From contig CAWIAD010000002.1 in NCBI GenBank assembly GCA_963833985.1, forward strand, positions 800,001 through 864,000: DNA of 64,000 bases, in the 5' to 3' direction. The stretch is from an uncultured Planctomycetaceae bacterium. GTDB lineage: Bacteria > Planctomycetota > Planctomycetia > Isosphaerales > Isosphaeraceae. Shown here one piece after another: positions 42,614 through 52,535 of this stretch (its first letter is position 1; every line of letters begins with the position of its first letter). Below the pieces are notes generated by a model. It saw only the letters and a list, made by a program, of their open reading frames with translations, ran no database searches and had not been told where the DNA came from. Position numbers and translations under genes: made by a program.

Positions 42614-44254
42614 ATGCCCTGGTCCCAGAACTACGACCCGCTTGGCTCCTGGCCGCTCTCCACGTTGATTGCGGCGCTGCCGGTGCTTTCACTCTTCTTC
42701 GTGCTGCTGGTGCTCAGGGCGCGCGTCTGGGTGGCGGCGCTGGCGGGCATGCTGCTGGCGATCCTGCTGGCACGCCTGGTCTTTGGCATGCCGTCGGAAA
42801 TGATCGCCGCCTCGTGTGCGCTGGGGGTTCAGTTCGGGTTCTTCCGCATCGCCTGGATCATCATCGCTTCGATCTTCCTGTACGAGATCGCGGTCGAGAC
42901 CGGGCAGTTCCAGGTGATGAAGGAGTCGGTCGCCTCGCTTTCCTCGGACAAGCGGCTCCAGCTTGTGCTGGTGGCGTTCTGCTTCGGCGCGTTCCTGGAA
43001 GGGACGGGCGGAGGCGGTGCTCCGGTAGCGATCGCCGGCTCGTTCCTGATCGGGCTGGGGTTCGACCCGTTCCAGGCCGCAACGCTCTGCCTGGTGGCCA
43101 ACACGGCGCCCGTGGCCTGGGGAGGCGTGGGGAATCCGATCCGCGTGCTGGCGGGCGTGACCGGCTTGCCCGAAGCAAGCCTGAGCGCCATGACGGGCCG
43201 GATCTTGCCGCCCATCTCGGCCCTGCTTCCGTTCTGGCTGGTACGCAGCATGGTCGGCTGGCGCGAGACGTTCGCGGTCTGGCCGGCTCTGGCGGTGAGC
43301 GGCCTTTCCTTCGCCCTCACGCAGTTCTACTGGTCGAACTACCAGGAGTCGGGCCTGGTCGACGTCATCGCCGCGCTGGTCTCGCTGCTGGCCATGGTGG
43401 TGTTCCTGAAGGTCTGGCGTCCGGCAACCCTTGTGGGCCACGAACAGGCTGCTGGCGTGGGATTCTCCGAGGTGCCCGGTCACTCGGTGGCTGCCGTGCT
43501 GAAAGGCTGGTCGCCCTTCCTGCTGGCCTCGATCTTCATCTTCCTGGCCGCACAGCCGATGATCGCCCGCCATCTCACCTTCCGCGCGCTGCGATTGCCC
43601 ATGCCGGGGCTTCACCTGCGGGCGTTCAGGGTTCCTCCCGTCGTGGACGTGCCCACGCCCGAGGAGGCCATGGCCGATCTGAACTTGCTGTCGCTGCCGG
43701 GAACCGCCGTGTTCGCGGGAGGCGCGCTCGCGGCCCTCGGGCTGGGGATGTCGCCACTGCGGATTGTGTGGATCTTCGGACGGACGGTCGTCCGGATGGC
43801 GAGTTCGCTGCTGGCGATCAGCTTCATGGTCGGGCTGGCGTTCGTGACGCGGTATTCGGGCATGGACACGGTGCTGGGCCTGAGCCTGACACACACGGGG
43901 CTGGCGTTTCCCTTCTTCGGCACGCTGCTGGGCTGGCTCGGCGTGGCGCTCACCGGGACCGACGCCGGGTCGAACGCGCTCTTCGGCAACCTTCAGAGGG
44001 TCACCGCCGAACGGCTGGGGCTGCCGCCCGTCCTGATGGCGGCCGCGAACTCGAGCGGTGGCGTGATGGGCAAGATGATCGACGCACAGTCGATCGTCGT
44101 CGCCGGTGCAGCCACCCAGCAGGTCGGCCGCGAAGCACAGATCTTCCGCGCGGTGATCGTGCACAGCGTTGTTCTGGCCACGCTCGTAGGGCTGGTCGTG
44201 ATGGCCTATGCCTTCCTCATGCCGGGCTGGGTACCCGCCAGCCCACGCCCGTGA
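42614..44254 (+). CDS. L-lactate/glycolate permease (LctP family)
   Basis: WSQNYDPLG, FCFGAFLEG, ANTAPVAWG, GSNALFGNLQ, GGVMGKMI. Confidence 0.93.
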   Translation: MPWSQNYDPLGSWPLSTLIAALPVLSLFFVLLVLRARVWVAALAGMLLAILLARLVFGMPSEMIAASCALGVQFGFFRIAWIIIASIFLYEIAVETGQFQVMKESVASLSSDKRLQLVLVAFCFGAFLEGTGGGGAPVAIAGSFLIGLGFDPFQAATLCLVANTAPVAWGGVGNPIRVLAGVTGLPEASLSAMTGRILPPISALLPFWLVRSMVGWRETFAVWPALAVSGLSFALTQFYWSNYQESGLVDVIAALVSLLAMVVFLKVWRPATLVGHEQAAGVGFSEVPGHSVAAVLKGWSPFLLASIFIFLAAQPMIARHLTFRALRLPMPGLHLRAFRVPPVVDVPTPEEAMADLNLLSLPGTAVFAGGALAALGLGMSPLRIVWIFGRTVVRMASSLLAISFMVGLAFVTRYSGMDTVLGLSLTHTGLAFPFFGTLLGWLGVALTGTDAGSNALFGNLQRVTAERLGLPPVLMAAANSSGGVMGKMIDAQSIVVAGAATQQVGREAQIFRAVIVHSVVLATLVGLVVMAYAFLMPGWVPASPRP

Positions 44255-44293
44255 ACCAGGCCCCGTGATGATTGCTCCGGCGCGGGGGACCGG

Positions 44294-47200
44294 TCACCGG
44301 GCCGTCCTCTGCGAGTCGAGCGAGAAGGGCTGCTGCGGGAACGCGAAGTCGTAGACCGCAAGCGGAACTCCGCGGTGCGACAGCAGGACCGGCGCGTCGG
44401 GATGTGAGACGATCCGGGCGAAGTCGCGAAAGCCCTGGGCAACCGCCAGGCGGAGGTTGTCCACGGCAAGGTCAAGCCCGAGACGCCGGACCTCCTCGGC
44501 ACGCGGGCTCAGCGGCACGCGGCCATAGCCGATCCTGCCGGCTTCCGTGGTCTCCTGTAGCGCCAGTGTGGCCAGTTCGCGCGCCGGCCAGGCCTGCCAG
44601 AAAGCGCGGCGCTGGCCTTCAACCCGATCTGCCTCGACTGGATCTCCCGAGCGGCGCAGCAGATCGGCCGTTTCCCAGAGGGCCTCTCCGAAGCTCTGGC
44701 GTATCTTCTCGCCGAACTGCGGGTTCGACACCAGGGGATTCAATACGGTCGCAGCCTGGCGTAGTAAAGGGAACGCATCGGTGAGCTGCCCTGCGTCGGC
44801 AGCGGCGCGGCCTGCGCCGAGGAGGGCCGCGCCGCGTTGCCTTTGCAGCTCCGGAGCGGTGGCATCGGGATCCACGGTCTCGACCAGGGCGACCACCTCG
44901 GCGTAATGCGGCCGGGCCACGTTCGCGAGACCGGCGCACCGCTCGACCGCGGCAAGCTGCTCGAGCATGTCGGCCAGCGTGCTGGCCAGTCTCTGATCGC
45001 GCGGGTGGGCTGCATAGATCTTGCGGGAGACTTCCACGCACTGGAGGTAGATGGGTAACCCCTCATCGACGCGGTTCAAATCCACATATTGCTCTCCCAG
45101 GTTCCACAGGACATTGGACACAAAGTTCTTGTAGAGGTCCGACTCGGGGGACGCGGCCACCGCCCGCTCTGCTTCTTCCCGGGCGTGCTGGAGCACTGGC
45201 AAGGCGTGCGCGTTGTCGCGATCCTCATCATAGAGGTAGCCCAGGATGTTCAGAGCCCGGCCCAGCTCTGCGCGGTAACGCGGCTGACTGGACAGCGTGG
45301 CAATGAGCCCGTTGAAGATGTCAATCGCCTTGCGGATCGCGGCATAGGCCTGGGCATTGCGGCCCAGCTCGTGACGGATCGGGGCGATCTCCGTCAGGCT
45401 GACTGCCACCTTCTCACGGAAGTCATTCACCGATGGGTTGGCATCGGCCAGAGATGTCCGATACTCCAGCGCCTGCTCGAACATCTCGAGCGCCTCGAGA
45501 TGGCTCCGGTTGTAGAGGATCGCCCCGATGTTGTAGCAGCTCAGAGCCATCGAGTTCAGCAGCACGGTGGGTTTACGTTCCGAGGGCTGGTCCGCGAGCA
45601 AGGACCGGCACGTCTCATGAAACTCCTGGAAGGTCCGCAGCGCGCCTGCGCTGTTGCCGAGCGCGTTCTGGGTGAAGCCCTGGGCACTGAGCGTATCGGC
45701 CAGCCGCTGGCGATAGAGGCTATCGGACGGTGACGTCGAGAGCAGGGACCTGAGAATGGTCTCGGACTCGGAAAGCGGTTCCAGCGCCCGATCGGGCTTG
45801 CCGCCCTCTCCCAGCGCGATGCCCAGCTCACGGTCGCAGTCAGCAAGGCTCAGGCGAATGGGCCCCGCCGCGGGCTTCTCGGCCAGCAGTTGCTTGAGAA
45901 TCTCGCGGCTTGCCCCAGCGCGGCATAGGCCGGCGGAAAGTTGCGGATTGCGGCATATTGCTCGCCATGAGCGACGAGCCCCTGTGCGAGGTGAGTGCGC
46001 AGCTCGGGATCCTTGGGCGCGCGATCGCAGAGCCTCTTGCCAGATGGTGATGGCGGCCTGGAAGGCACCGGCAGCCTCCTCGGGCGTGCCGATCTCGCGC
46101 ATGATCTGACCCACGCGGAACTGGGTCTCCGCAATCTGGCGGCGCAGCCTGGGGTCGCCGGTGCGCTGCCTGAGGAATTCACGATAGTAGGGGAGGGCTG
46201 TCTTGAGCAGCTCGCCGCGCAGCTTGCGGATATCGACGGAATCCTGCTCCTTGAGCAGGGTATCCTCGCTGACGCGGTTGAAATAGTCTTCGACGGCCTT
46301 CCTGGCCAGCTCGTAGTTCATCTCGGCCTGGGCCCGCGCCTCGATCTCGCGGCGGTGTCCGCGCTCCACGACGATCATGCCGATCGTCGCCGCCGTGGCG
46401 AGCCCCAGCAGGGCGGCAGCACCCGTGAAGGCCCACGTGCGGTGATGGCGGAGCCAGCGGCCAAAGCGCCGGGCAAGGCTTTCCGGGTACGCGGCCACCG
46501 GCTCGTCGGCCAGCCAGCGCTCGATATCCTCCGCGAGCGCACGGCTCGAGGAATAGCGATCCTCGGGCCGGGTGGCCATGGCCCTCAGGCAGATGGCCTC
46601 CAGGGAACGATCGATCGAGGGATTCAACAGCCGGGGCGGGCGGAACTGCCCTTGCTGCACCTTGCGTATCGTCTCGGCTGCGGTTCCCTCGAAGGGTGCC
46701 TGACCGGTCACCAGGCAGTAGAGCGTGGCACCCAGGCTGTAAACGTCGGAGCGCGGTCCCAGGTTTTGCAGGTCGCCGTAGGCCTGCTCAGGACTCATGT
46801 AGGCCGGGGTTCCCAGCGCGCTTCCCGGCAGCGTCTCTGTGCTGCCGCTGGAGAGGGACGGCTTCAGCAAGTGCTCCTCGCTGAGCTCGCTCACCTCGCT
46901 CTTACCCGTGGCCCGGGCCAGCCCCCAGTCCACGACCAGCGTTTCTCCATGCTTGCCGACGATGATGTTGCCTGGCTTGATATCGCGGTGCAGGACGCCC
47001 CGCGCATGGGCGTACTCGATGGCGTTGCAAACGTCGGTGAACCGGCGCAGCAGCTTCCGGAGTTCGAGCGAGCGGTTGCCGGGTGGAGCTGCTGTCCCCT
47101 CTCCCTGGCCCTTCGCCGCAGGAGTGGATGGAGAAGCCGGTTGTTCCTTCGTCGCGTGGAAGCGGTCGATGGCTTCCTTGAGGCTCTCGCCACGGATGAA

Positions 47201-47854
47201 CCTCATGGTGTAATAGGGGCGTCCATCGGCATACGTGCCCATACTGTAAACCGGAACGATCCCCGGGTGCTCCAGGCCCCCCGTCACCTCGGCCTCCAGC
47301 AGGAAGCGAGCCCGGCTGATGGGGTCGTCCGCGTGACGGTCGAGAATCTGCTTGAGAGCCACCTCGCGGTTCAGCTCACGGTCCTGGGCCACGAAGACAG
47401 CGCCCAGGCCACCCCGGGCGTGGGGATGGAGGATCTGGTATCGCTGGTCGTCGGGTCGCGGTGTGCCTGAAGCCGCACCGGTGGTAGTGCCCTTTCGGAA
47501 CACGGCCGGTTCCGTGAGATCCTCACAGGAATCCACCCGGTCCAGCGTGGCCTCGATCTCCGGGTCGTCGAGGCGAGTGAGGCTTGCCCATGTTGCCAGG
47601 TCTGCCGGAACGGAGACCAGGCTGCGCTCGAGGTTGCCGCCATGCGCCTCGACGTGAAGATCCACCAGGCGTTTGATGGCGGAGCGCCGGGGGGCGTCCA
47701 GGTAACCCAGCGATTGAAGATGGTCCGCCAGGCAGCGCGACTTGTCCTGAGACCAGGAGCGCAGCGCTGCCAGAAGCTGCTGCTGCTGGATCAGCCCGGT
47801 CTGGAGCGCAAGCAGGCCGAAGATGAGATTAGCATGGGTGGATGACTCGGGCAT
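44294..47854 (-). CDS. Ser/Thr protein kinase with TPR repeats (compensating frameshifts ~45905-46030)
   Basis: ARGGLGAV, VALK, HRDIKPGN, DWGLA, GTPAYMSPEQ; a TPR-like segment (DPELRTHLAQ) sits in the alternative frame. Confidence 0.95.
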   Translation of the reverse strand: MPESSTHANLIFGLLALQTGLIQQQQLLAALRSWSQDKSRCLADHLQSLGYLDAPRRSAIKRLVDLHVEAHGGNLERSLVSVPADLATWASLTRLDDPEIEATLDRVDSCEDLTEPAVFRKGTTTGAASGTPRPDDQRYQILHPHARGGLGAVFVAQDRELNREVALKQILDRHADDPISRARFLLEAEVTGGLEHPGIVPVYSMGTYADGRPYYTMRFIRGESLKEAIDRFHATKEQPASPSTPAAKGQGEGTAAPPGNRSLELRKLLRRFTDVCNAIEYAHARGVLHRDIKPGNIIVGKHGETLVVDWGLARATGKSEVSELSEEHLLKPSLSSGSTETLPGSALGTPAYMSPEQAYGDLQNLGPRSDVYSLGATLYCLVTGQAPFEGTAAETIRKVQQGQFRPPRLLNPSIDRSLEAICLRAMATRPEDRYSSSRALAEDIERWLADEPVAAYPESLARRFGRWLRHHRTWAFTGAAALLGLATAATIGMIVVERGHRREIEARAQAEMNYELARKAVEDYFNRVSEDTLLKEQDSVDIRKLRGELLKTALPYYREFLRQRTGDPRLRRQIAETQFRVGQIMREIGTPEEAAGAFQAAITIWQEALRSRAQGSRAAHSPRTGARRSWRAICRNPQLSAGLCRAGASREILKQLLAEKPAAGPIRLSLADCDRELGIALGEGGKPDRALEPLSESETILRSLLSTSPSDSLYRQRLADTLSAQGFTQNALGNSAGALRTFQEFHETCRSLLADQPSERKPTVLLNSMALSCYNIGAILYNRSHLEALEMFEQALEYRTSLADANPSVNDFREKVAVSLTEIAPIRHELGRNAQAYAAIRKAIDIFNGLIATLSSQPRYRAELGRALNILGYLYDEDRDNAHALPVLQHAREEAERAVAASPESDLYKNFVSNVLWNLGEQYVDLNRVDEGLPIYLQCVEVSRKIYAAHPRDQRLASTLADMLEQLAAVERCAGLANVARPHYAEVVALVETVDPDATAPELQRQRGAALLGAGRAAADAGQLTDAFPLLRQAATVLNPLVSNPQFGEKIRQSFGEALWETADLLRRSGDPVEADRVEGQRRAFWQAWPARELATLALQETTEAGRIGYGRVPLSPRAEEVRRLGLDLAVDNLRLAVAQGFRDFARIVSHPDAPVLLSHRGVPLAVYDFAFPQQPFSLDSQRTAR

Positions 47855-48475
47855 GCGTCGGGAAATCCCCTGGTGCGTGCAGGTCCAAGGTCAATGGCCC
47901 GGGCACAAGCCGAAGGCTTGCAAGCGGAAGGTCGGCCACCCGCGATGCGGGATTGCAGCCTGTTCATGTGCCGTTCAGCCATGTTACCACGTCAGCTTCA
48001 AGCCGCGCACGCGGCCCTGGAGTATGCCGATGGACCTGGATGGACTTTTGCTGCCCCGGACGCGCCGCCCTGACCCCTGAGGCGAGCGAGAATTTCGCTT
48101 GACCGCGGCGGTCGAAGTGGCCATACTCCCCCAACCCGGATGCTCTGCCGCGAGAGGGATTCTCGAGGCCGGGCCGCACCCGCACGAGTCAAGGAAGACG
48201 AGGCTTACCGTGGTCTGCTGCATCCTGTTTCTGGGCAACGCCTCCTCGGGCTGCTCACGCTCTCCTCGCCTGGTTCCCGCGGCTCCGCCCCTGCGACGGT
48301 CACTCTGTAAGGCGAAGACCTGTCGCCTGGATGGCCCGCCTTCATTCCGGAGCATGGCCTCCGGCAAGAATCCTCTGCGGTTGGCCGCGCTCCACGAGCG
48401 GGGATTGCTCGCGGTCATGCGAGACCTCTGGAGCCGGTGGACCGCCACTCGTGGACACGGGGAGGATGCCGCTCC

Positions 48476-50221
48476 ATGGTGATCTCCAACGGCTACCTGA
48501 TGATCTTTGCGCTGGCGATGATGGGCTGCGTGCTGAGCACGCCCCTGGTCACGCAAATTGCCAACTGGGTGGGTGCCATCGACCGGCCCGACCAGTTTCG
48601 CCGCATCCACCGCGGAGCTGTTCCCCGGCTGGGTGGTCTGGGACTGGCCCTGGGAATCGCCGCGGGCACGGTCTTGCCGCACCTCTCCGGATCAACGCGG
48701 TTTGTCAGCTTGCTGCTGCCGGATCTGCACCACGAGTGGGCCATCCTCTGTGCCGCGCTGGTGATCTTGGTCGTCGGCTTCATCGACGACACGCGATCGA
48801 TCGGTCCCCGCGTCAAGCTGCTGGGGCAAGCCCTTGCCGTGCTGACCCTCTACCTGGGCGGAATCCGGATCCAGTCCATCGATCTGCTGGGAATGACGTT
48901 CGATCTCAGCCGGCCGGACATCGAGTTCGGCATCCTGGGAATGCACCTGGACCTGGCGCTGCCCAGCCTGGGCCTGACCATGCTCTGGTTCCTTGGTTGC
49001 ATGAATATCTGGAACCTGATCGACGGCATGGACGGGCTGGCCTCGGGTGTGGGGCTCCTGGTCAGCGGCACGCTCACCCTGGTGGCCATCCACAATGAGA
49101 ACACCTCGGTGGCCATCCTGGCCGTGGCACTGGCCGGCAGCCTGGCGGGTTTTCTGCTTTATAACTGGCACCCGGCCTGTATCTTCCTGGGAGACAGCGG
49201 AGCGCTTCTGATCGGTCTGTTGATCGGCGTGATCGGCGTACAGGGCTCGATGAAGGGGCCCTCGGCCATCTCGATCCTGTTTCCGATCCTGGCGATGGGC
49301 CTGCCCATCTCGGACACGGCGATGGCTATCTTCCGCCGCTGGGTGCGTAATCTGCCGTTGAGTGCGGCGGACCGCCGGCACGTGCATCACCTGTTGATCG
49401 GGCTGGGACTGGACCCGCGGCAAGCCGCGCTTTTGCTCTACAGTTTTTCGGGCTTCCTCTGCGGCGCTGTGCTGCTGGGCGTGGCGCTCCGCAGCGAGTT
49501 CCTGGCCCTGGTACTGGGCATCTCCGGCTGTCTGGCGTTCCTTGTCGTGGTGACCAGCCGGCGCGATGAGCTGACCAACCTGCGCGGAGATTTTCAGGCC
49601 CGCATGTCACGCGGCCGGCAGGAACGGCAGGCGGCCAAGCTGACGTGGGAGGGCATCCAGCGGATCGAGCTGTGCGACTCTGCCATGGCCGCATTCGAGA
49701 TCGTCGAGAAGACCGCGCGGCTGCTGGGGTGCGAGCTGTTACAGGTTTCCTGTGCGAGCGCCAGTTCGCCCATCAAGCCGTTTCTCCCCTGCGAGCAGCA
49801 AAACCCGGGTGAATCTCCAGCCGTCTTGACGGGTCCGGGCGCCCTGTTTCGATTCTCCGGTGGCGACGGCTGCTGGATCACGATCCGGGTTGAGCTGGGC
49901 CGCGAGCCCGAGCTGACCGCGGATATCATCTTCCGCTACCTCGAGCGGCTGGGGCAGGCTCTCGCCGGGCGTCTGGAGTGGCTTCAATCGGCTGAGGCCA
50001 CCGCGGAAGATGCTCGGGCGGCCGCGGATGAGGCTGATCCGGATCGATCGCGGATCCCCGTCCCATCATCGGAGCCGGGCGCGCTGCACGGGTTGACAGG
50101 CGCTGTTGCAAGAATGCTTGGCGTCCGGTTGCACCTGCAACGGGCGCATGGAAAGGTCCCCGCGCCGCGGCTTCCGGTTGTGAACCACGTGACGACGCCG
50201 ACGGGTCTTGTCCGGCGCTGA
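48476..50221 (+). CDS. MraY/WecA-family polyprenyl-phosphate HexNAc-1-phosphate transferase with C-terminal extension
   Basis: PRLGG, GFIDD, NLIDGMDGLA, FLGDSG, ADRRHVHH. Confidence 0.93.
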   Translation: MVISNGYLMIFALAMMGCVLSTPLVTQIANWVGAIDRPDQFRRIHRGAVPRLGGLGLALGIAAGTVLPHLSGSTRFVSLLLPDLHHEWAILCAALVILVVGFIDDTRSIGPRVKLLGQALAVLTLYLGGIRIQSIDLLGMTFDLSRPDIEFGILGMHLDLALPSLGLTMLWFLGCMNIWNLIDGMDGLASGVGLLVSGTLTLVAIHNENTSVAILAVALAGSLAGFLLYNWHPACIFLGDSGALLIGLLIGVIGVQGSMKGPSAISILFPILAMGLPISDTAMAIFRRWVRNLPLSAADRRHVHHLLIGLGLDPRQAALLLYSFSGFLCGAVLLGVALRSEFLALVLGISGCLAFLVVVTSRRDELTNLRGDFQARMSRGRQERQAAKLTWEGIQRIELCDSAMAAFEIVEKTARLLGCELLQVSCASASSPIKPFLPCEQQNPGESPAVLTGPGALFRFSGGDGCWITIRVELGREPELTADIIFRYLERLGQALAGRLEWLQSAEATAEDARAAADEADPDRSRIPVPSSEPGALHGLTGAVARMLGVRLHLQRAHGKVPAPRLPVVNHVTTPTGLVRR

Positions 50222-50247
50222 GACCCCGATCTGTTCCGGAGGCACCC

Positions 50248-52488
50248 ATGGACGGAATCGTGCCCTTTCGTGATCATGCCCTTGCCCCACCGTCGGGTTC
50301 AAGCACGACCTCAGGGCGTCATACGGCGCTGGCCCTTCCAGTTCATCAGACCACCAACCTGGCGGCTTTGAAAACGCCCGCTGACTATCTCAAGGCCATG
50401 CGGCGCCGAATCTGGCTCGTCCTGGCCGTGGCCGTGCCGCTGGCCATCGTGACCTCGTCATGGGCGCTGCGGCAACCCAAGGTCTACCAGGCGCGCGCCG
50501 AGGTCACGATCGACCCGCCCGAGTTCAACCCCATGCTCTCGTCCCTGGTCTCACGCGATATCGGACGCCATGACCCGGGCACCCTGGAGCGCTACATCCC
50601 CAACAAGATTGCCCAGCTTCAGAGCAAGGGGCTGGCCGAGCGGGTCTTCAGCAACCCCACCTTCGCACCGGAGGTCGCTGCCCTCGATGATCCGGCCCAG
50701 GACCTGATTCTCAGCGGACTCCAGGTGCGCCCCATCGGCAAGACGAACATGTTCTCCGTCACTCTGGAAGGAAGGGACCCGGCGCGGACGAAGACCCTCC
50801 TGGAGGCGCTGCTCAAGGAATTCCGGAACCTCGCCGAGGACGATCAGCTTGCCAGGACCAGTGATACCAAGGTTCACGCCGACCTTCGCCTCAAGAGCCT
50901 CAAGCAGGAGGTTGAAGACATCGACAAGCGGATTTCCGAGCATCTCAAGACCGCGCGGAACATCGGCCCGGGTGGCAAGAACCTGCTCGAGGATCAGTAC
51001 ATCAACCTGGGCGCCACACTCACGCAGAAGCAGATGCGCATCAGCGAGCTGAACCAGCAGCTCACGATTGCGAAATCATTCTCCCGGAGTGAGTTCAATG
51101 CCGGGCCGGGACCGCGCGAGCAGCGGATCGCCATGCTCGAGGCCGAGAAGAAGAAGTGGGTGCGGACCTTGCAGCATGACAGCCACACGATCCGGAACTT
51201 TGACGGCGATCCGGCGGCCAACTTCCACGCGCAACGCCTCAACGAGATTCTCGACGAGATCGAGGAGCTGAACAAGTTCAAGACCCGCATGGCTGACAAC
51301 CCCAACGAGATGTTCCTCGATCGCTACGAGCGCGAGCTCGACGACGACCGTGCCCAGCAACAGAAGCTGCTCGAGGAGATGCAGGAGTCCATGCCGGCTT
51401 ACCAGAGATACGTGTCCATGGTCCAGGAGCGGGACCGCACCCGGCAGGCCATGGCCGAGATGCAGCACAACATCGACAACTTCGAGCTGCTGGCCAAGTC
51501 GCAGAAGCTGCCGGTCCAGGTCTCCAGCGTGGTCGAGCCGACGGTTCCCATCAAGCCCAGCCGCGGGCTCTATATCGGCATGGGGCTGATGCTCAGCTTC
51601 GGCATGGGCATCGGCCTGGTGGTGCTGCTGGAGCACGTCGATCACTCGGTGAAGGTCCCCGAGCACGTCACGCACGGATTGACCCTGCCGCTCCTGGGCG
51701 TGGTGCCGCGGATCCGGCGGACGGCGCTGACGCACCGGGCGGGCCATCTCTGGACGCCCAGCACGCCTGACTCTCTCGAGGCTGATGCGTTCCGCAACAT
51801 TCGCGCCAGCCTGCTGGGGGTGGCCGACCGCCAGGGGCCGATCATCACACTGCTGATGACCAGCCCCAAGGCCGGCGACGGCAAGAGCACCGCGGCCCTC
51901 AACCTGGCGGCCACCTGCGCCCGGGCCGGCGAGCGAACGCTCCTGCTGGACGTCGATCTCCGCCGGCCGACCCTGGGCGACGTCTTTCCCCCCGAGCCCG
52001 ACAAGGAAAGCACGGCCAGCGGCCTTGTCGATGTCCTCCAGGGCAAGCTCCCCTGGCAGAAGACGCTGCGGCATACCGAACTGCGCAATCTCGATTTCAT
52101 CGCCACGGGTGATCCCACCGACATCCCGATCGAGATCCTGGGAACCCTGGAGCTGCGCCAGCTCATGACCGCCCTGGAGCACCACTATGACCGCGTGATC
52201 CTGGATGGCCCGGCCGTGCTGGGCATGGCGGATTGCCGCATGCTGGGACGGATGGTCGATGCCTCGATCCTCGTCGTCCGCGCCGGAGCGCACCAGCTCA
52301 TGACGCTACAGCGCGCCAAGGCGATGCTCGAGCAGTCCCATGTGCCCATCGCGGGCGTCGTCGTCAACAGTCTGAGCGAGGATGTGCAGAACTGGTCGAG
52401 CTACGGATACGACGGCGCCCAGAGCGGGAGCCTGGCGCGGAGCCTCCGGCCCGTGCGGTCCCGCGGGGCGCTTCCGGCCAGCGCATAG
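50248..52488 (+). CDS. Polysaccharide co-polymerase/tyrosine autokinase (Wzc-like)
   Basis: Two TM helices, coiled coil, TSPKAGDGKS, LLDVDLRRP, VILDGP. Confidence 0.93.
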   Translation: MDGIVPFRDHALAPPSGSSTTSGRHTALALPVHQTTNLAALKTPADYLKAMRRRIWLVLAVAVPLAIVTSSWALRQPKVYQARAEVTIDPPEFNPMLSSLVSRDIGRHDPGTLERYIPNKIAQLQSKGLAERVFSNPTFAPEVAALDDPAQDLILSGLQVRPIGKTNMFSVTLEGRDPARTKTLLEALLKEFRNLAEDDQLARTSDTKVHADLRLKSLKQEVEDIDKRISEHLKTARNIGPGGKNLLEDQYINLGATLTQKQMRISELNQQLTIAKSFSRSEFNAGPGPREQRIAMLEAEKKKWVRTLQHDSHTIRNFDGDPAANFHAQRLNEILDEIEELNKFKTRMADNPNEMFLDRYERELDDDRAQQQKLLEEMQESMPAYQRYVSMVQERDRTRQAMAEMQHNIDNFELLAKSQKLPVQVSSVVEPTVPIKPSRGLYIGMGLMLSFGMGIGLVVLLEHVDHSVKVPEHVTHGLTLPLLGVVPRIRRTALTHRAGHLWTPSTPDSLEADAFRNIRASLLGVADRQGPIITLLMTSPKAGDGKSTAALNLAATCARAGERTLLLDVDLRRPTLGDVFPPEPDKESTASGLVDVLQGKLPWQKTLRHTELRNLDFIATGDPTDIPIEILGTLELRQLMTALEHHYDRVILDGPAVLGMADCRMLGRMVDASILVVRAGAHQLMTLQRAKAMLEQSHVPIAGVVVNSLSEDVQNWSSYGYDGAQSGSLARSLRPVRSRGALPASA

Positions 52489-52535
52489 GCCGTTAGTTAG
52501 CAAGCTGCTCCCCGGAAGAAGCCTCGAGCCACCCC

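Noticed and set aside
47855..48475. ncRNA or JUMPstart/ops element upstream of the EPS operon
   Set aside because: No recognisable motif; likely divergent promoter region
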